64,000 bases of DNA from Candidatus Limiplasma sp. (GTDB taxonomy: Bacteria; Bacillota; Clostridia; Christensenellales; Aristaeellaceae). The notes beneath the pieces were generated by a model, which was given only the letters and a program-made list of their open reading frames with translations, was not told where the DNA came from and did not search any database. Location: positions 77,558 through 141,557 of the forward strand of contig CAXXIB010000002.1 in assembly GCA_963675925.2 (NCBI GenBank), in the 5' to 3' direction. Positions 1 to 9,569 of the stretch are shown in pieces. Position numbers and translations under genes: made by a program. Every line of letters starts with the position of its first letter. The first letter of the stretch is position 1.

Positions 1-100
1 CTAGGAAGTTCGGCGCAAGAAACGAATAGGCAATGAGCGTATTCTTGCGCTGCAGCTTGCTTCGTTTCCGGGGTGCAAGCTTTGGAGTGTCCTGAGCCAT
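1..100 (-). CDS. Carbohydrate ABC transporter permease (MalF/UgpA-type), N-terminal fragment running off the window
   Basis: A reverse-strand ATG at 100 gives MAQDTPKLAPRKRSKLQRKNTLIAYSFLAPNFL. A basic N-tail followed by a hydrophobic start is typical of sugar ABC permeases. The gene lies directly downstream of the binding-protein gene. Confidence 0.55.
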   Translation of the reverse strand, partial: MAQDTPKLAPRKRSKLQRKNTLIAYSFLAPNFL

Positions 101-179
101 GGTATCAAGACCCCTTTGTTTTGATGGAAAACGGGGAGGAGACAGTCCCCTCCCCGTTCAGTTGAAAGTTACGTGTCGT

Positions 180-1453
180 TTAGTCTGCCAGCACTTCGGC
201 AGCGCGTTCGTTCATCATTGCGATGCCTTCGTCGATGGGTGTTTCACGGCTCATGATGCCGGTGTGCTCTTCATTGACGATGGTTTGCAGCTGCGGTACC
301 AATGCTCCAGGAGGCCATTCAAGGCTCACGCTGCTGGGCACGAGTGCATCCAGTGCGCCTTCATCGGACGGGAAGCCTTCAACAGACGAGAACGCGGCGG
401 CAACGGCGTCAGACACATACGCGGGGCGGGTGCCGACGGCTGCGATGGCCTTAGCGCCTTCTTCGCCGCAGACCCACTTGATGAAGCTCCAGGCATCATC
501 AGCGTTGGCAGCGTTTTTGGACAATGCCATGGCGGTCATGTTACCAAAGGAAGATTTCGCGGCAACACCGTCCATATGCGGTACGGAGGTGAAGCTGAAG
601 TCAAAATCAAAGGTTCCGGCAGCCTTTTCCTTGATCAGGGTGCCGATCAGCCACGAGCCCATAGGCAGCATAGCGATATTGCCCTGATAGAACGCTGCGG
701 AGTAGTGCAGGCCGGCAGCCTTCAGTTCGCCGTATTCCATGCAGACGCCTTCGTCTTCCAGCGCCTGGTTGAGCTCATAGAAGTACTTGAGCTCATCGTA
801 GCTGCCGTCAGCCAGGGTGTAATCCACACCACAGACTGCCCAGTTAACCACGGCGCTCAGCCACGTGTGGTAGTGCGTGCCGTAAATTTTGTCAATGCCT
901 TCGCCGCTGGCTACTTTGCGGGCCAGTTCTGCATACTCATCCCAGGTCATGTCGCCCGTGGGATACGGAAGACCGGCATTATCAAACAGTGTTTTGTTGT
1001 AGTACAGTACCCAGAAGTCCGACCGGAAGGGAAGCGCGTTCAGGGATCCGTCTTCCACGCGGCAAACTTCATCCATGCCGGCAAAGCCGGTCAGGTCGTA
1101 CGAATCGGCGGCAACCTTATCGTCCAGCGATACCAGGAAGCCCTGCTGCGTCCAGTTTTGGAGATCTTTAATCTCTTTGACGATGAACACATCCGTCTGG
1201 TCGCCAGCGGCCAACATGGACCCGGCCAGCGTCGCATACTCCTGCGATGCCAGGTCGACCCATTCGATTTCGACATCGGGGTTGGCGGCTTCATAGCCGG
1301 CTTTGATGGCTTCGTGGTAGTTGGCGGCAGAGCCGTACACGTCCCAGGAAGCGGACCTTGACAACACGCTTGTCCGCCGCAACCTGCCGCAACTGAGGGC
1401 AGAAGCGCGACCAGCAGCATCATGGACAGTACCAGTGCAACGATATTTTTCAT
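180..1453 (-). pseudogene. ABC transporter extracellular solute-binding lipoprotein (sugar type); frame broken near the 5' end as assembled
   Basis: The ORF 1091..1453 starts with a lipoprotein signal peptide, MKNIVALVLSMMLLVALLPSVAAGC (lipobox AAGC), and an AGGAGG SD lies upstream. The SBP body (WDVYGSAANYHEAIKAGYEAANPDVEIEWVDL...) is in another frame (180..1382). The join lies at roughly 1340-1385. Confidence 0.8.
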
Positions 1454-1486
1454 TTGTCAGAATCCTCCTTCATTTTGGCGAAATCA

Positions 1487-1500
1487 TGGAACTTGTTCCA
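1487..1500. promoter_or_regulatory. Candidate LacI-family operator 1 (palindrome TGGAACTTGTTCCA)
   Basis: A 14-bp inverted repeat (TGGAAC/GTTCCA arms) sits 34 bp upstream of the binding-protein start codon. An identical copy occurs at 1621..1634. Confidence 0.6.
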
Positions 1501-1620
1501 ATATTGCATTACATCTCATCAAGTTTCCCATATCGCGCCTTGTTTAATGTCAATATAGCACATCAACCAACCAGTGTCAACAAATTCACTGCTTATCAGC
1601 CACAATTATTGTCAATATTA

Positions 1621-1634
1621 TGGAACTTGTTCCA
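1621..1634. promoter_or_regulatory. Candidate LacI-family operator 2 (identical palindrome TGGAACTTGTTCCA)
   Basis: An exact second copy, within the wider 17-nt repeat ATGGAACTTGTTCCAAT, lies upstream of the divergent LacI gene. Confidence 0.6.
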
Positions 1635-1714
1635 ATTTCCTCTTGCGTTCCATAAACACTTCCATGTATAATAGGAAAAAGCCTATACACTACCCGTACG
1701 AAAGGGAATGCCCA

Positions 1715-2768
1715 ATGCCTAAGAAGATGACCATCTACGATATAGCAGCCGAAGCCAACGTTGCGCCGTCCACCGTTTCGCGCGTTTTGTCCGGCCATAA
1801 AAACGTAAGCGCGAAGACCCGTGCTAAGGTGGAAACCATTGCCCGCAGCAATAATTTCTCCACCCTGCACAACCTGCGCCAGCAGGTATCCCTGGCACAG
1901 CAAACCTTTGCCGTGATTATCCCCGAAACACGTGACCAGTACTGGGGGCGCATTTTGTCTGCCGCCAACCGGGAAGCCAAGCGCCTTGGGTACCAGACAA
2001 TGCTGTTTCAACTGCTAGACGGCGAGGATTATGACATGCGCGAGATTGCCAAGCGTATTGTCGACTGGCATCTGCGCGGCACACTGTATATAGGAAGTGT
2101 CCAGGAAACCGGACGCAGCGATTTGCCCATCGCGCTCAACCAACTGCTGGAGCATATGCCGCTGGTTGCCATTTCGCCGCCTGTCAACAATGTGAACTGC
2201 ACCTTCCTGCATAACGATCTGGAAACCGCCATGTTCCAGGCCGTGCAGCACCTGTATATGCTTGGGCATCGCCGCATCGCGTTTATTGGCGGCAATCAAA
2301 CGCTGGAGACCTCCGGCGCGCGTGCCCGGGGATACCTGCGTGCCATCGACGAGCTGGGGCTTACGAAGGATGATGCCTACCACGGCGCGGCCGGGGTTTA
2401 CTGCCGAAACGGGCGAGATCGCCGTACTCCGTATGCTGACGACCATCCCCCGCCGCCGCTGGCCGACAGCGATTGTTGCTTTCAGCGATATGGTCGCCGT
2501 CGGGGCCATCCATCAGCTGCATTCCATGAACCTGAAGCTGCCCGATGATATGGCGCTGGTGGGCTGTGACAATACCTTTTTTAGCCCGCATACACTGCCA
2601 CCACTGACCACAATCGACCTGTTTTCCGAGGAACGTGCCCGCACGGCAATCGCGGAACTGGCATCCAGCTCTACCAACGTAAAAGCGCCGGTTACGCTTG
2701 TACGCGCACCGGCACTGATTATCCGTGAAAGCTGCGGGGCGAAGCTTGGGTACCGCAACCTGGGGTAA
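1715..2768 (+). pseudogene. LacI-family transcriptional regulator; frameshifted at a GGGG run as assembled
   Basis: The N-terminal HTH is MTIYDIAAEANVAPSTVSRVLSG. The periplasmic-binding-fold body continues in ORF 2262..2768 (GFTAETGEIAVLRML...AIVAFSDMVAVGAI...LVGCDN). Removing one G from GGGG at 2393..2396 restores a single frame. Confidence 0.85.
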
Positions 2769-2780
2769 GTAAGGCTGCCT

Positions 2781-3516
2781 TTAACTTTCCTTTTGCACAA
2801 CTTCGTCTTTAGAAGTGGATACTTTGCGTTTATAGAACTCAATAATGCGGTCCTTATAGATAATCCCGACAATGCCCAGCAGCGCTGTGCCCGCAAAAAT
2901 CAAAATCGTAACAGGCCAGTTGTTACTCAGCAGCGACGACCCCGATAAACGTAGACGACACAATGGACGGGATACGCGCAAAAGTCGAGATCAGTAAAAA
3001 CTGCACCAATTTCATCGGCGTTGTACCCGCAACATAGGTCAGCATGTCCTTGGGGGTGCCGGGCAGCAGGAAGAGGACGAACACAACAATCTCCATACGG
3101 CGGGAATCCCGCAAGTAACTATACTTGTCCAGATTGTCCTTGGTAAAAAACCGCTGCGTAAACCGTGCGCCCAGTTTTTTTGACAACAGAAAAATACCGC
3201 TGGAGGCAATCACGCAGCCGATAAGACATACCAGCAACCCACCAAAGCCGCCGTACATCACGCCCGCGAGGATTTCCACAATCTCGCCGGGGATAAACGC
3301 GACAATAATCTGGATCATCTGAATTGCGATCATGACCAGATATCCCAATGCACCCAGCGAGGTAACCCACGCTTTAAACTGCGCGCGCACAGCCGGGTCT
3401 GCCAGTTTGCGAATATACGGCATCAGCAAGATGGTTGCCGTAATCATCAGCGCAAGCAACACTGCAACGATCAACGCAAGGCGTATCTTTTGTTTTTTTG
3501 GCATACGTTTTTCCAT
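2781..3516 (-). pseudogene. TVP38/TMEM64 (SNARE-associated, DedA-like) membrane protein; frameshifted at a CCCC run as assembled
   Basis: The multi-TM protein carries the LPGTPKDMLTYVAGTT motif. The last TM segment (SSLLSNNWPVTILIFAGTALLGIVGIIY...) is in ORF 2781..2981. The frames join at the CCCC run, 2940..2943. Confidence 0.75.
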
Positions 3517-3554
3517 GTCAGCGGTTCACCGATCTCCCTCTATGCTTTCGAAGC

Positions 3555-3586
3555 AAAACCCTTTCACCAGACGGTGAAAGGGTTTT
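3555..3586 (-). terminator. Rho-independent terminator after the acidic Zn-ribbon gene
   Basis: The hairpin is AAAACCCTTTCACC-gtct-GGTGAAAGGGTTTT on the minus strand, with T residues following. Confidence 0.75.
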
Positions 3587-3599
3587 GGGTATTGGCTTG

Positions 3600-4001
3600 T
3601 TATTCCTGTTCTTCGTCTTCTTCCAGAAGGTTCTTGCCGCAGGCCGGGCAAAGCACATCACCGTCAGCGCTGATGTCTCCGGCACGGATGATAAAGGTAT
3701 GATCGCAATGCGGACAGTTGACCTCGATTTCGTCATCGTCGTCGAGCTCTTCCAGATCTTCATCATACTCGTCTTCATCATCAAACAGCAGATCTTCCAC
3801 TTCGGACAGATCTTCGTCCATCGTAGCCATGTATTCGTCCAGCTCGTCAACGTCCTGGTCCAGCTCCTGGAGCTTTGCGGCCATTTCTTCCATGACAGAC
3901 AGCATTTGCAGAATCAGCTTATTTTCAGCTTTTTTGGTGTCCAGTTCCATCCCATCGGCCAAACCACGGAGGTAAGATGTACGATTGGTAATTGATTCCA
4001 T
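3600..4001 (-). CDS. Small, highly acidic protein with a C-terminal 4-Cys zinc ribbon (function unknown)
   Basis: An ATG at 4001 is preceded by GGAGAG. A coiled N-terminal part is followed by a long D/E tract (DELDEYMATMDEDLSEVEDLLFDDEDEYDEDLEELDDDDE), then CPHC...CPAC. From memory, similar proteins follow efp in Clostridia and are labelled CD1247 N-terminal domain proteins. Confidence 0.7.
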   Translation of the reverse strand: MESITNRTSYLRGLADGMELDTKKAENKLILQMLSVMEEMAAKLQELDQDVDELDEYMATMDEDLSEVEDLLFDDEDEYDEDLEELDDDDEIEVNCPHCDHTFIIRAGDISADGDVLCPACGKNLLEEDEEQE

Positions 4002-4047
4002 AGGCTCTCCTTCCCCGCCAGAAGATGCGGGTGTACAGGTTTGTTTT

Positions 4048-4606
4048 TTAGCAGCGTTCCATGTATTCGCCCACGCGGGTATCCACGCGGATGCGGTCAC
4101 CGGTGTTAATGAACAGCGGCACCTGCAGGGTAATGCCGGTTTCCAGCGTTGCAGGTTTATAGGTGTTGCTGGCGGTATCGCCCTTAAAGCCGGGTTCGGT
4201 ATCGACAACTTCCAGCTCTAACAAAGTTTGGCGGTAGCACGCTGAAAGCCGACCCTTTGAAAAAGCGCACCGATACGTTGCTGCCTTCTTTCACATAGGG
4301 AATGGCATCTTCCACCTGGTCGCGGTTCAAAGGCATTTGCTCGTAGGTTTCCAAATCCATAAAGTAGTACAGGTCGCCGTCGTTGTACACATACTGCATG
4401 TCCTTGGTTTCCACGATTGCACGGGGCATTTTGTCCGTGGGGTTGAAGCTGCGCTCCACTACGGCCCCGGTCATCACGTTTTTAATCTTGGTGCGGACAA
4501 ACGCCGCGCCTTTACCGGGCTTCACATGCTGGAAATCAACAATAGTCCACACACCGCCATCCCACTCAATGGTGATGCCTTTTCTGAATTCTCCCGCTGT
4601 CATCAT
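4048..4606 (-). pseudogene. efp: Elongation factor P; C-terminal domain in a different frame as assembled
   Basis: The N-terminal sequence is [43 protein letters not shown]. After ...LPPNFV the expected [56 protein letters not shown] is read only after skipping one base at about 4219. Confidence 0.9.
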
Positions 4607-4635
4607 AGTGTTTTCCTCCGATTCAATTTGTGTTT

Positions 4636-5802
4636 TTATAAAATGATCAGTTCTCGGGTCGGTGTCACCAGCGAGCGGCAGCCGTTTTGCTCTACAACAA
4701 CTGTGTTTTCAATCCGCACGCCGCCGATATCGGGCAGATACACGCCCGGTTCCACCGTAATTAACTGGTTCACTTCCAAAACATCCTTGGACTGGAAGCT
4801 TAAGCGCGGTTCTTCGTGCACGTCGATACCCAGGCTGTGCCCAAGCCCGTGCCCGAAATGCCCTTCATAGCCCTGCGCGTAGATGTAATCCCGCGCGATT
4901 GCGTCCACAGCGGCGCAGCTAGCACCGGCTTTCACGGCATCCTGCGCCATGACCTGGGCCTTGAGCACCACCTCGTATACCTTGCGCATCGTATCGCTCG
5001 GCTGTCCCAGCGACACCGTGCGGGTCATGTCCGCAGTATAGCCCTGCACCTTCGCGCCGAAATCCAGCGTAATCATATCCCCCTGCTGTATACGGTAGTC
5101 CGATGGCACGGCATGCGGCTTGGAGCCATTGGCACCCGCTGCGGCAATGATGGCAAAGCCCATCGCCTCGGCACCTAAGCCGTACATTTCAAACTCCAGC
5201 ATACGGGCGAGTTCCCGCTCGGTGATCCCGGCTTTGATGCTGGGCAGTATACGCTCAAACGCCGCTGATGAAATAGCGCAGGCATGTTCGATTCTGCGAA
5301 GCTCTTCTTCATCCTTAATCCTGCGCAGCGCTTCAATCTCTCCGGCAAGGGGTGTAAGGTCCATCCCTGCAAAGATCTCCACCGCTTTGTTATAGCTGCG
5401 CACGGTCAGTTCATCGTCTTCGTAGAAGATCGTTTTCACGCCGTTATTCTTGCAGGCTTCGTACGCCTTGCCCAGATGGCTTTCCTTGCCTTGCAAGGCC
5501 AGCGTTTCAAACATGGGGGCTTCCTGGGCTGCCTGCTCCACATACCGAAAGTCTGTAATGATCGCGCTGCGTTCCTTTAGAACCAGCACAAGACCCTCGC
5601 CCGTGTAGCCGGACAAATAAAACATATTGGATGGTTTGGAGACGAGAATTGCCTCATCGGCTTTCAGTCCCCTGCGATCCACTAAACGTTGTACACGTGT
5701 CACCGGTCGTATCGCCCTTTCTGTTGCGGCTAAAGCATTTCCTGCCGCGTTCCCCTTATTGTAGCACATACCATGCTCAATAGCCAAGATTCTCCTTGAC
5801 AA
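4636..5802 (-). CDS. Xaa-Pro aminopeptidase (M24 family); start uncertain (alternatives at about 5769 and 5703)
   Basis: A creatinase-like N-domain is followed by the M24 metal-ligand motifs ([21 protein letters not shown]). The pepP-efp gene order is classical in Firmicutes. Confidence 0.85.
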   Translation of the reverse strand: MSRRILAIEHGMCYNKGNAAGNALAATERAIRPVTRVQRLVDRRGLKADEAILVSKPSNMFYLSGYTGEGLVLVLKERSAIITDFRYVEQAAQEAPMFETLALQGKESHLGKAYEACKNNGVKTIFYEDDELTVRSYNKAVEIFAGMDLTPLAGEIEALRRIKDEEELRRIEHACAISSAAFERILPSIKAGITERELARMLEFEMYGLGAEAMGFAIIAAAGANGSKPHAVPSDYRIQQGDMITLDFGAKVQGYTADMTRTVSLGQPSDTMRKVYEVVLKAQVMAQDAVKAGASCAAVDAIARDYIYAQGYEGHFGHGLGHSLGIDVHEEPRLSFQSKDVLEVNQLITVEPGVYLPDIGGVRIENTVVVEQNGCRSLVTPTRELIIL

Positions 5803-6382
5803 AAACCATTGTCATTTTCCGGTTTCGCGGTGCGCGGTTCACCGAAAGCGTCATGCGGCACATGCTATCGCTAGTGCAGGCATCCGGGTCGCACTCATTG
5901 TTGATGGCACAGGGCAGCTCCTTGTCCTGTCTGCGGGCATTGGGCGGGCACGCAATGCGCTTAATGCGCGCAATGGCCGTGCCATAGCCGCCATCCACCC
6001 ATTTGGAGTGGCTGACGATAAAATACACCTGTTTGGGACCGTAGGCCACCGCCGATACGCGGTTGCCGGCACCGTCGATCAAAATCAACTCGCCCTGTTT
6101 GGTTAAGGCGTTTGCAGAGGTCAGGTACACATCCGCCGCGCAGGCTTTCTCGCGCAGCGGTTCTACATCCTCGGGCTTAACGCCCCAGTGAGAATAGACG
6201 ATTTGGCCGCGCTGCTCCAGCACTTCCATCACACCGGTTTCGCGCACCGAGACCGAGCCGCTGACCCCAACGGTAGCATTGGCCGGGATCGCATCCATCA
6301 GATAGTCCCTGGCCTGTTCTCCGGTGTCCACCTCGACGACCTCAAATCCCATCGCCCGCATGCGTTCCAGTGTTTTCTGCAT
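5777..6382 (-). CDS. LUD-domain (DUF162, LutC-like) protein
   Basis: The 201-aa protein has the pattern GVSGSVS...LTSANALTKQGELILIDGAGNRVSA...GPKQVYFIV, typical of the lactate-utilisation C / YkgG-like fold. Confidence 0.55.
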   Translation of the reverse strand: MQKTLERMRAMGFEVVEVDTGEQARDYLMDAIPANATVGVSGSVSVRETGVMEVLEQRGQIVYSHWGVKPEDVEPLREKACAADVYLTSANALTKQGELILIDGAGNRVSAVAYGPKQVYFIVSHSKWVDGGYGTAIARIKRIACPPNARRQDKELPCAINNECDPDACTSDSMCRMTLSVNRAPRNRKMTMVFVKENLGY

Positions 6383-6394
6383 CCTGTTTCCTCC

Positions 6395-7135
6395 TTATTC
6401 GTATCCCAAAGGGTGTTTGGATGGCGTTCCCTCTTTGCGCGGATAGCGCTTGGGGGTGGGTTTCTGTTTCGCGGTTACCGCTAAAATGTGGGTACGCTCC
6501 GGTGCAAACGGCACGGAAACCGTTTGCATATCCGGCGTGCCACCGCCAAGCAGCTTTGCCGCCGCCGCGCCAGCCGCACGCTCGTCCTCCGCCGCCGGAC
6601 CTTTAAAGCACACGCATTTCCCGCCAACGGATACAAACGGAAGCAACAGTTCCTGCAAAACCGGCAGGGCAGCCACAGCGCGCGCCGTAGCGATTGAAAA
6701 CTGTTCCCGGCAATCGGCCCGGTGCGCCGCAACTTCTGCCCGGGCATGAAGGATTGTCACGTTGGAAAGCTTCAGTGTTTCTACAACAGTGTGCAGAAAC
6801 TTGATGCGTTTTTGCATGGAATCCAGCAGCGTGACCTGCAAATCGGGCCGGGCAATCGCCAGCGGAATCCCCGGCAGCCCTGCGCCGGTTCCCACATCAA
6901 TCAGCGTTGCGCCGCCCGGAAGCAGGCCCTGCACGGTCAGCGGCGTGAGCGAATCCATGAAATGCCGGTCCAGCATCGCGTCAAACCCCGCATCACCGGT
7001 CAGGTTGATGCGCTCATTCCATTCTTCCACAAGCTGCTGATAGCGCAGAAGCTGCTCTGCTGTGCCGTCTGCGCAGTCTATACCCAGGGCAGCGATTCGC
7101 GCTCCGATCAGCGCTGCCTGCTCTGCTGCCGTCAT
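6395..7135 (-). CDS. rsmG: 16S rRNA (guanine527-N7)-methyltransferase RsmG
   Basis: The sequence ...WNERINLTG...HFMDSL...LIDVGTGAGLPGIPLAIARPDLQVTLLDS.QKRIKFL is the GidB signature. Confidence 0.9.
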   Translation of the reverse strand: MTAAEQAALIGARIAALGIDCADGTAEQLLRYQQLVEEWNERINLTGDAGFDAMLDRHFMDSLTPLTVQGLLPGGATLIDVGTGAGLPGIPLAIARPDLQVTLLDSMQKRIKFLHTVVETLKLSNVTILHARAEVAAHRADCREQFSIATARAVAALPVLQELLLPFVSVGGKCVCFKGPAAEDERAAGAAAAKLLGGGTPDMQTVSVPFAPERTHILAVTAKQKPTPKRYPRKEGTPSKHPLGYE

Positions 7136-7740
7136 ATTTTCAGCCCCACATAACGGATTAGGAAGAACTTCACCCAGGCCAGCGCTTCGCGCCCGTGGTT
7201 TTTCAACCAGTAATTAAGCTCCTGGCGGGTCGGGCTGGGCACGCCTTGGGGTACAAAGCCTTCGGCCTTGGCAATGTCCATGGCTCTGGGCAAATGATAG
7301 TCGCTGGTAATGATCAGCGGTTTGGAAAGATTCAGCCGCTGAATGATTACCTTGGCGTTGCGAATGTTCTGGTATGTGTCAAAACTGACGGAATCGGTAT
7401 AAATGCTGTCTGCCGGTACGCCGCGTTCAATCAGCTCATCGCGCATCACTTCGGCTTCCGGGCGCGGTTCATCCGCGCCTTGTGCGCCGCAGACGATCAC
7501 CGGACAGGGCGCGGCAAAGTACATCTCCGCTGTTTTGTTCAGCCGCCAGTCCAGTTGCACCGATGGTTCGCCGCTTGGCTGCACCTGTGCGCCGAGTGTG
7601 ACAATGACATCGTAATCCGATGGTGCCGGTACGGTTTTTTCCCGGTAGTAAGAATAGCCAATTAACCCCAGATAAACGATAATACCCAGGATAACAAGAA
7701 TCCATAACACTTTCAGTATCCCCCGCAGTATTCGATTCAA
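7132..7740 (-). CDS. YdcF/SanA-like DUF218 membrane-anchored protein
   Basis: An N-terminal TM segment is followed by VIVTLGAQV...VIVCGAQG...DSVSFDTYQNIRNA...ITSDYHLPRA. Confidence 0.75.
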   Translation of the reverse strand: MNRILRGILKVLWILVILGIIVYLGLIGYSYYREKTVPAPSDYDVIVTLGAQVQPSGEPSVQLDWRLNKTAEMYFAAPCPVIVCGAQGADEPRPEAEVMRDELIERGVPADSIYTDSVSFDTYQNIRNAKVIIQRLNLSKPLIITSDYHLPRAMDIAKAEGFVPQGVPSPTRQELNYWLKNHGREALAWVKFFLIRYVGLKI

Positions 7741-8516
7741 AGAAGTTCCTCCGCATCCGACCGCTTGTCGATCTTAAGTTGCGCGGCGTTTATCTGCATG
7801 CCGGCATCCGCCGTTTTCACGGTGATGCCGCCCGATGCTGCCGACTGCCGGATAAACCCGTTGCGCACCATGCTGACGGCGCGGCTGTCCGCCACGATGA
7901 GATGGTCAATCAGTACCACCTCGATCTCCGACAGCAATCCCGACAACGTTCGGGTCGCGTCCAGATCCTGCGCCGAAGGCATGACCGAACCACTGGGATG
8001 ATTATGGCAAAACAACACCGCGTGGGCGTTGTGGGTCAGTACGGCATCCAGCACAATGCGCGGATAGGCGGGCACATCGCTGAGCGAGCCCTTGGCGATC
8101 AATACATCGCTGAGGGTTTCCATCTGTCCGTCCAGGCAAATCGCGTAAAACAGCTCACGTTTTTCACCATGCAGAAGCTGGATACAATAATCCACGGCAG
8201 CCTGCCGCGTGGACAAGCGTACCTTATCGGCCCCGCGCGTGCGCGTGGCCTGCCGGGCCGCGTCCTGAATCAGGGTTAAAAACGTCGCGGCATACTCCCC
8301 GATGCCGTCCACCTGCTGCAGTTGCTTGGGTGAGGCGTTGAGCACCCCATACACCGAACCGAAGCGATCGATCAACCTATGGGCCAGCGGGTTCACGTTC
8401 TTCTGCGGAATGGCATAGAACAATAGCAGCTCCAGCACCTCGTGAGGCGCAAAGCCGTCCAAACCCTGTTTTGCATAGCGTTCCCGCATCCGCTGCCTGT
8501 GTCCGCCGTGTTCCAT
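7737..8516 (-). CDS. radC: RadC-family JAB/MPN domain protein
   Basis: The start is taken at MEHGGHRQRMRERY. An HhH region (LLELLLFYAIPQKNVNPLAHRLIDRFGS) and the JAMM motif HNHPSG..PS..D are present. The C-terminal tail is longer than usual. Confidence 0.85.
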   Translation of the reverse strand: MEHGGHRQRMRERYAKQGLDGFAPHEVLELLLFYAIPQKNVNPLAHRLIDRFGSVYGVLNASPKQLQQVDGIGEYAATFLTLIQDAARQATRTRGADKVRLSTRQAAVDYCIQLLHGEKRELFYAICLDGQMETLSDVLIAKGSLSDVPAYPRIVLDAVLTHNAHAVLFCHNHPSGSVMPSAQDLDATRTLSGLLSEIEVVLIDHLIVADSRAVSMVRNGFIRQSAASGGITVKTADAGMQINAAQLKIDKRSDAEELL

Positions 8517-8711
8517 GCCATCCCTCCCAAACCGGGCTTGCCTACTGGGTTGATTATAGCATGAATTCATACCCGAAATAAAGCAGCCCTACCCTAAACT
8601 GCCGCAGGATGTTACAAATTCTTGTACGATTTTCCTTGTTCGCACTTTATCTATGCCCCTGTTTGTAGTATACTAAACAAAGGAAATATACACCGGAGGG
8701 GTTGAGGCGCT

Positions 8712-9569
8712 ATGCAGACGTTGTGGACGCAAATTCGCGACGTTCTGTGGAATGTCTTCAATCGTCCAACGCTGACGGATGCGCTGGATATTTTGATCGT
8801 TGCAGTGCTGCTGTACGGTCTGTTAATGCTGGCCCGTCAGACCCGCGCAAGCGCTGTTCTCAAAGGGCTTGTAATCTTAATTTTAGCCAGTTGGGTCAGC
8901 GATTTGTTTGGCTTAACTGCCATCAACTGGATTTTACTCAACATTGTCAATAATGGTGCGGTGGTCATTGTCATCCTGTTCCAGCCGGAAATCCGCAAAG
9001 CGCTGGAACAGCTGGGCCGTGGTACCCTGCGGGATAGCTCCCGCCTCAGCGGTCATCATGAAAATGAATATATCGTACGCGAGATTACCAACTGTCTGCT
9101 GAACTTAAGCCGCCGTCGCGTCGGCGCTTTGATCGTCTTCGAGCAGAAAGTCGGCCTCAAAGACATTATCGAAACCGGCACCCCGCTGGACAGCCATATC
9201 TCCGGCGCACTGCTGGAGAACATTTTTGAACCCAACACCCCCCTGCACGACGGGGCTGTGGTCATCCGGGGTTCGCGCATTATGTCGGCCGGTTGTATTT
9301 TAAACCTGGCCGAAGGCGTGGGTATCAGCCGCGAGCTGGGCACCCGCCATCGCGCTGCCATTGGCGTGACCGAAGCCACCGATGCCATCACCCTGATCGT
9401 ATCAGAAGAGACGGGCATCATTTCCGTTGCCCGTGCCGGTCGGTTGACACGCCACCTGGACAGGGCGCTGCTGGAGCAGGTGCTGATCAAAATGTACCAC
9501 CAGCGCGAAGATGGCCTGTGGTCCATGCTGTTTAGCCGCACAAAGCGCCGGAAAGGAGGCGCAGCATGA
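8712..9569 (+). CDS. cdaA: Diadenylate cyclase CdaA (membrane-anchored DAC domain)
   Basis: Three N-terminal TM segments are followed by the DAC motifs DGAVVI, GTRHRAA and VSEETG. Confidence 0.92.
   Translation: MQTLWTQIRDVLWNVFNRPTLTDALDILIVAVLLYGLLMLARQTRASAVLKGLVILILASWVSDLFGLTAINWILLNIVNNGAVVIVILFQPEIRKALEQLGRGTLRDSSRLSGHHENEYIVREITNCLLNLSRRRVGALIVFEQKVGLKDIIETGTPLDSHISGALLENIFEPNTPLHDGAVVIRGSRIMSAGCILNLAEGVGISRELGTRHRAAIGVTEATDAITLIVSEETGIISVARAGRLTRHLDRALLEQVLIKMYHQREDGLWSMLFSRTKRRKGGAA

Noticed and set aside
99-1361. A 420-aa plus-strand ORF opposite the solute-binding protein gene.
   Set aside because: Its composition is Arg/Gly/Ala-rich and nonsense-like, and it is exactly antisense to a gene with clear family sequence. 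It is a typical shadow ORF of GC-rich DNA.
1330-4230. The idea that the frame breaks represent programmed ribosomal frameshifting or a coordinated regulatory mechanism.
   Set aside because: There are no slippery heptamers or downstream stimulatory structures. The genes are unrelated, and the breaks mostly sit at short homopolymers. Indel error or simple mutation is far more parsimonious.
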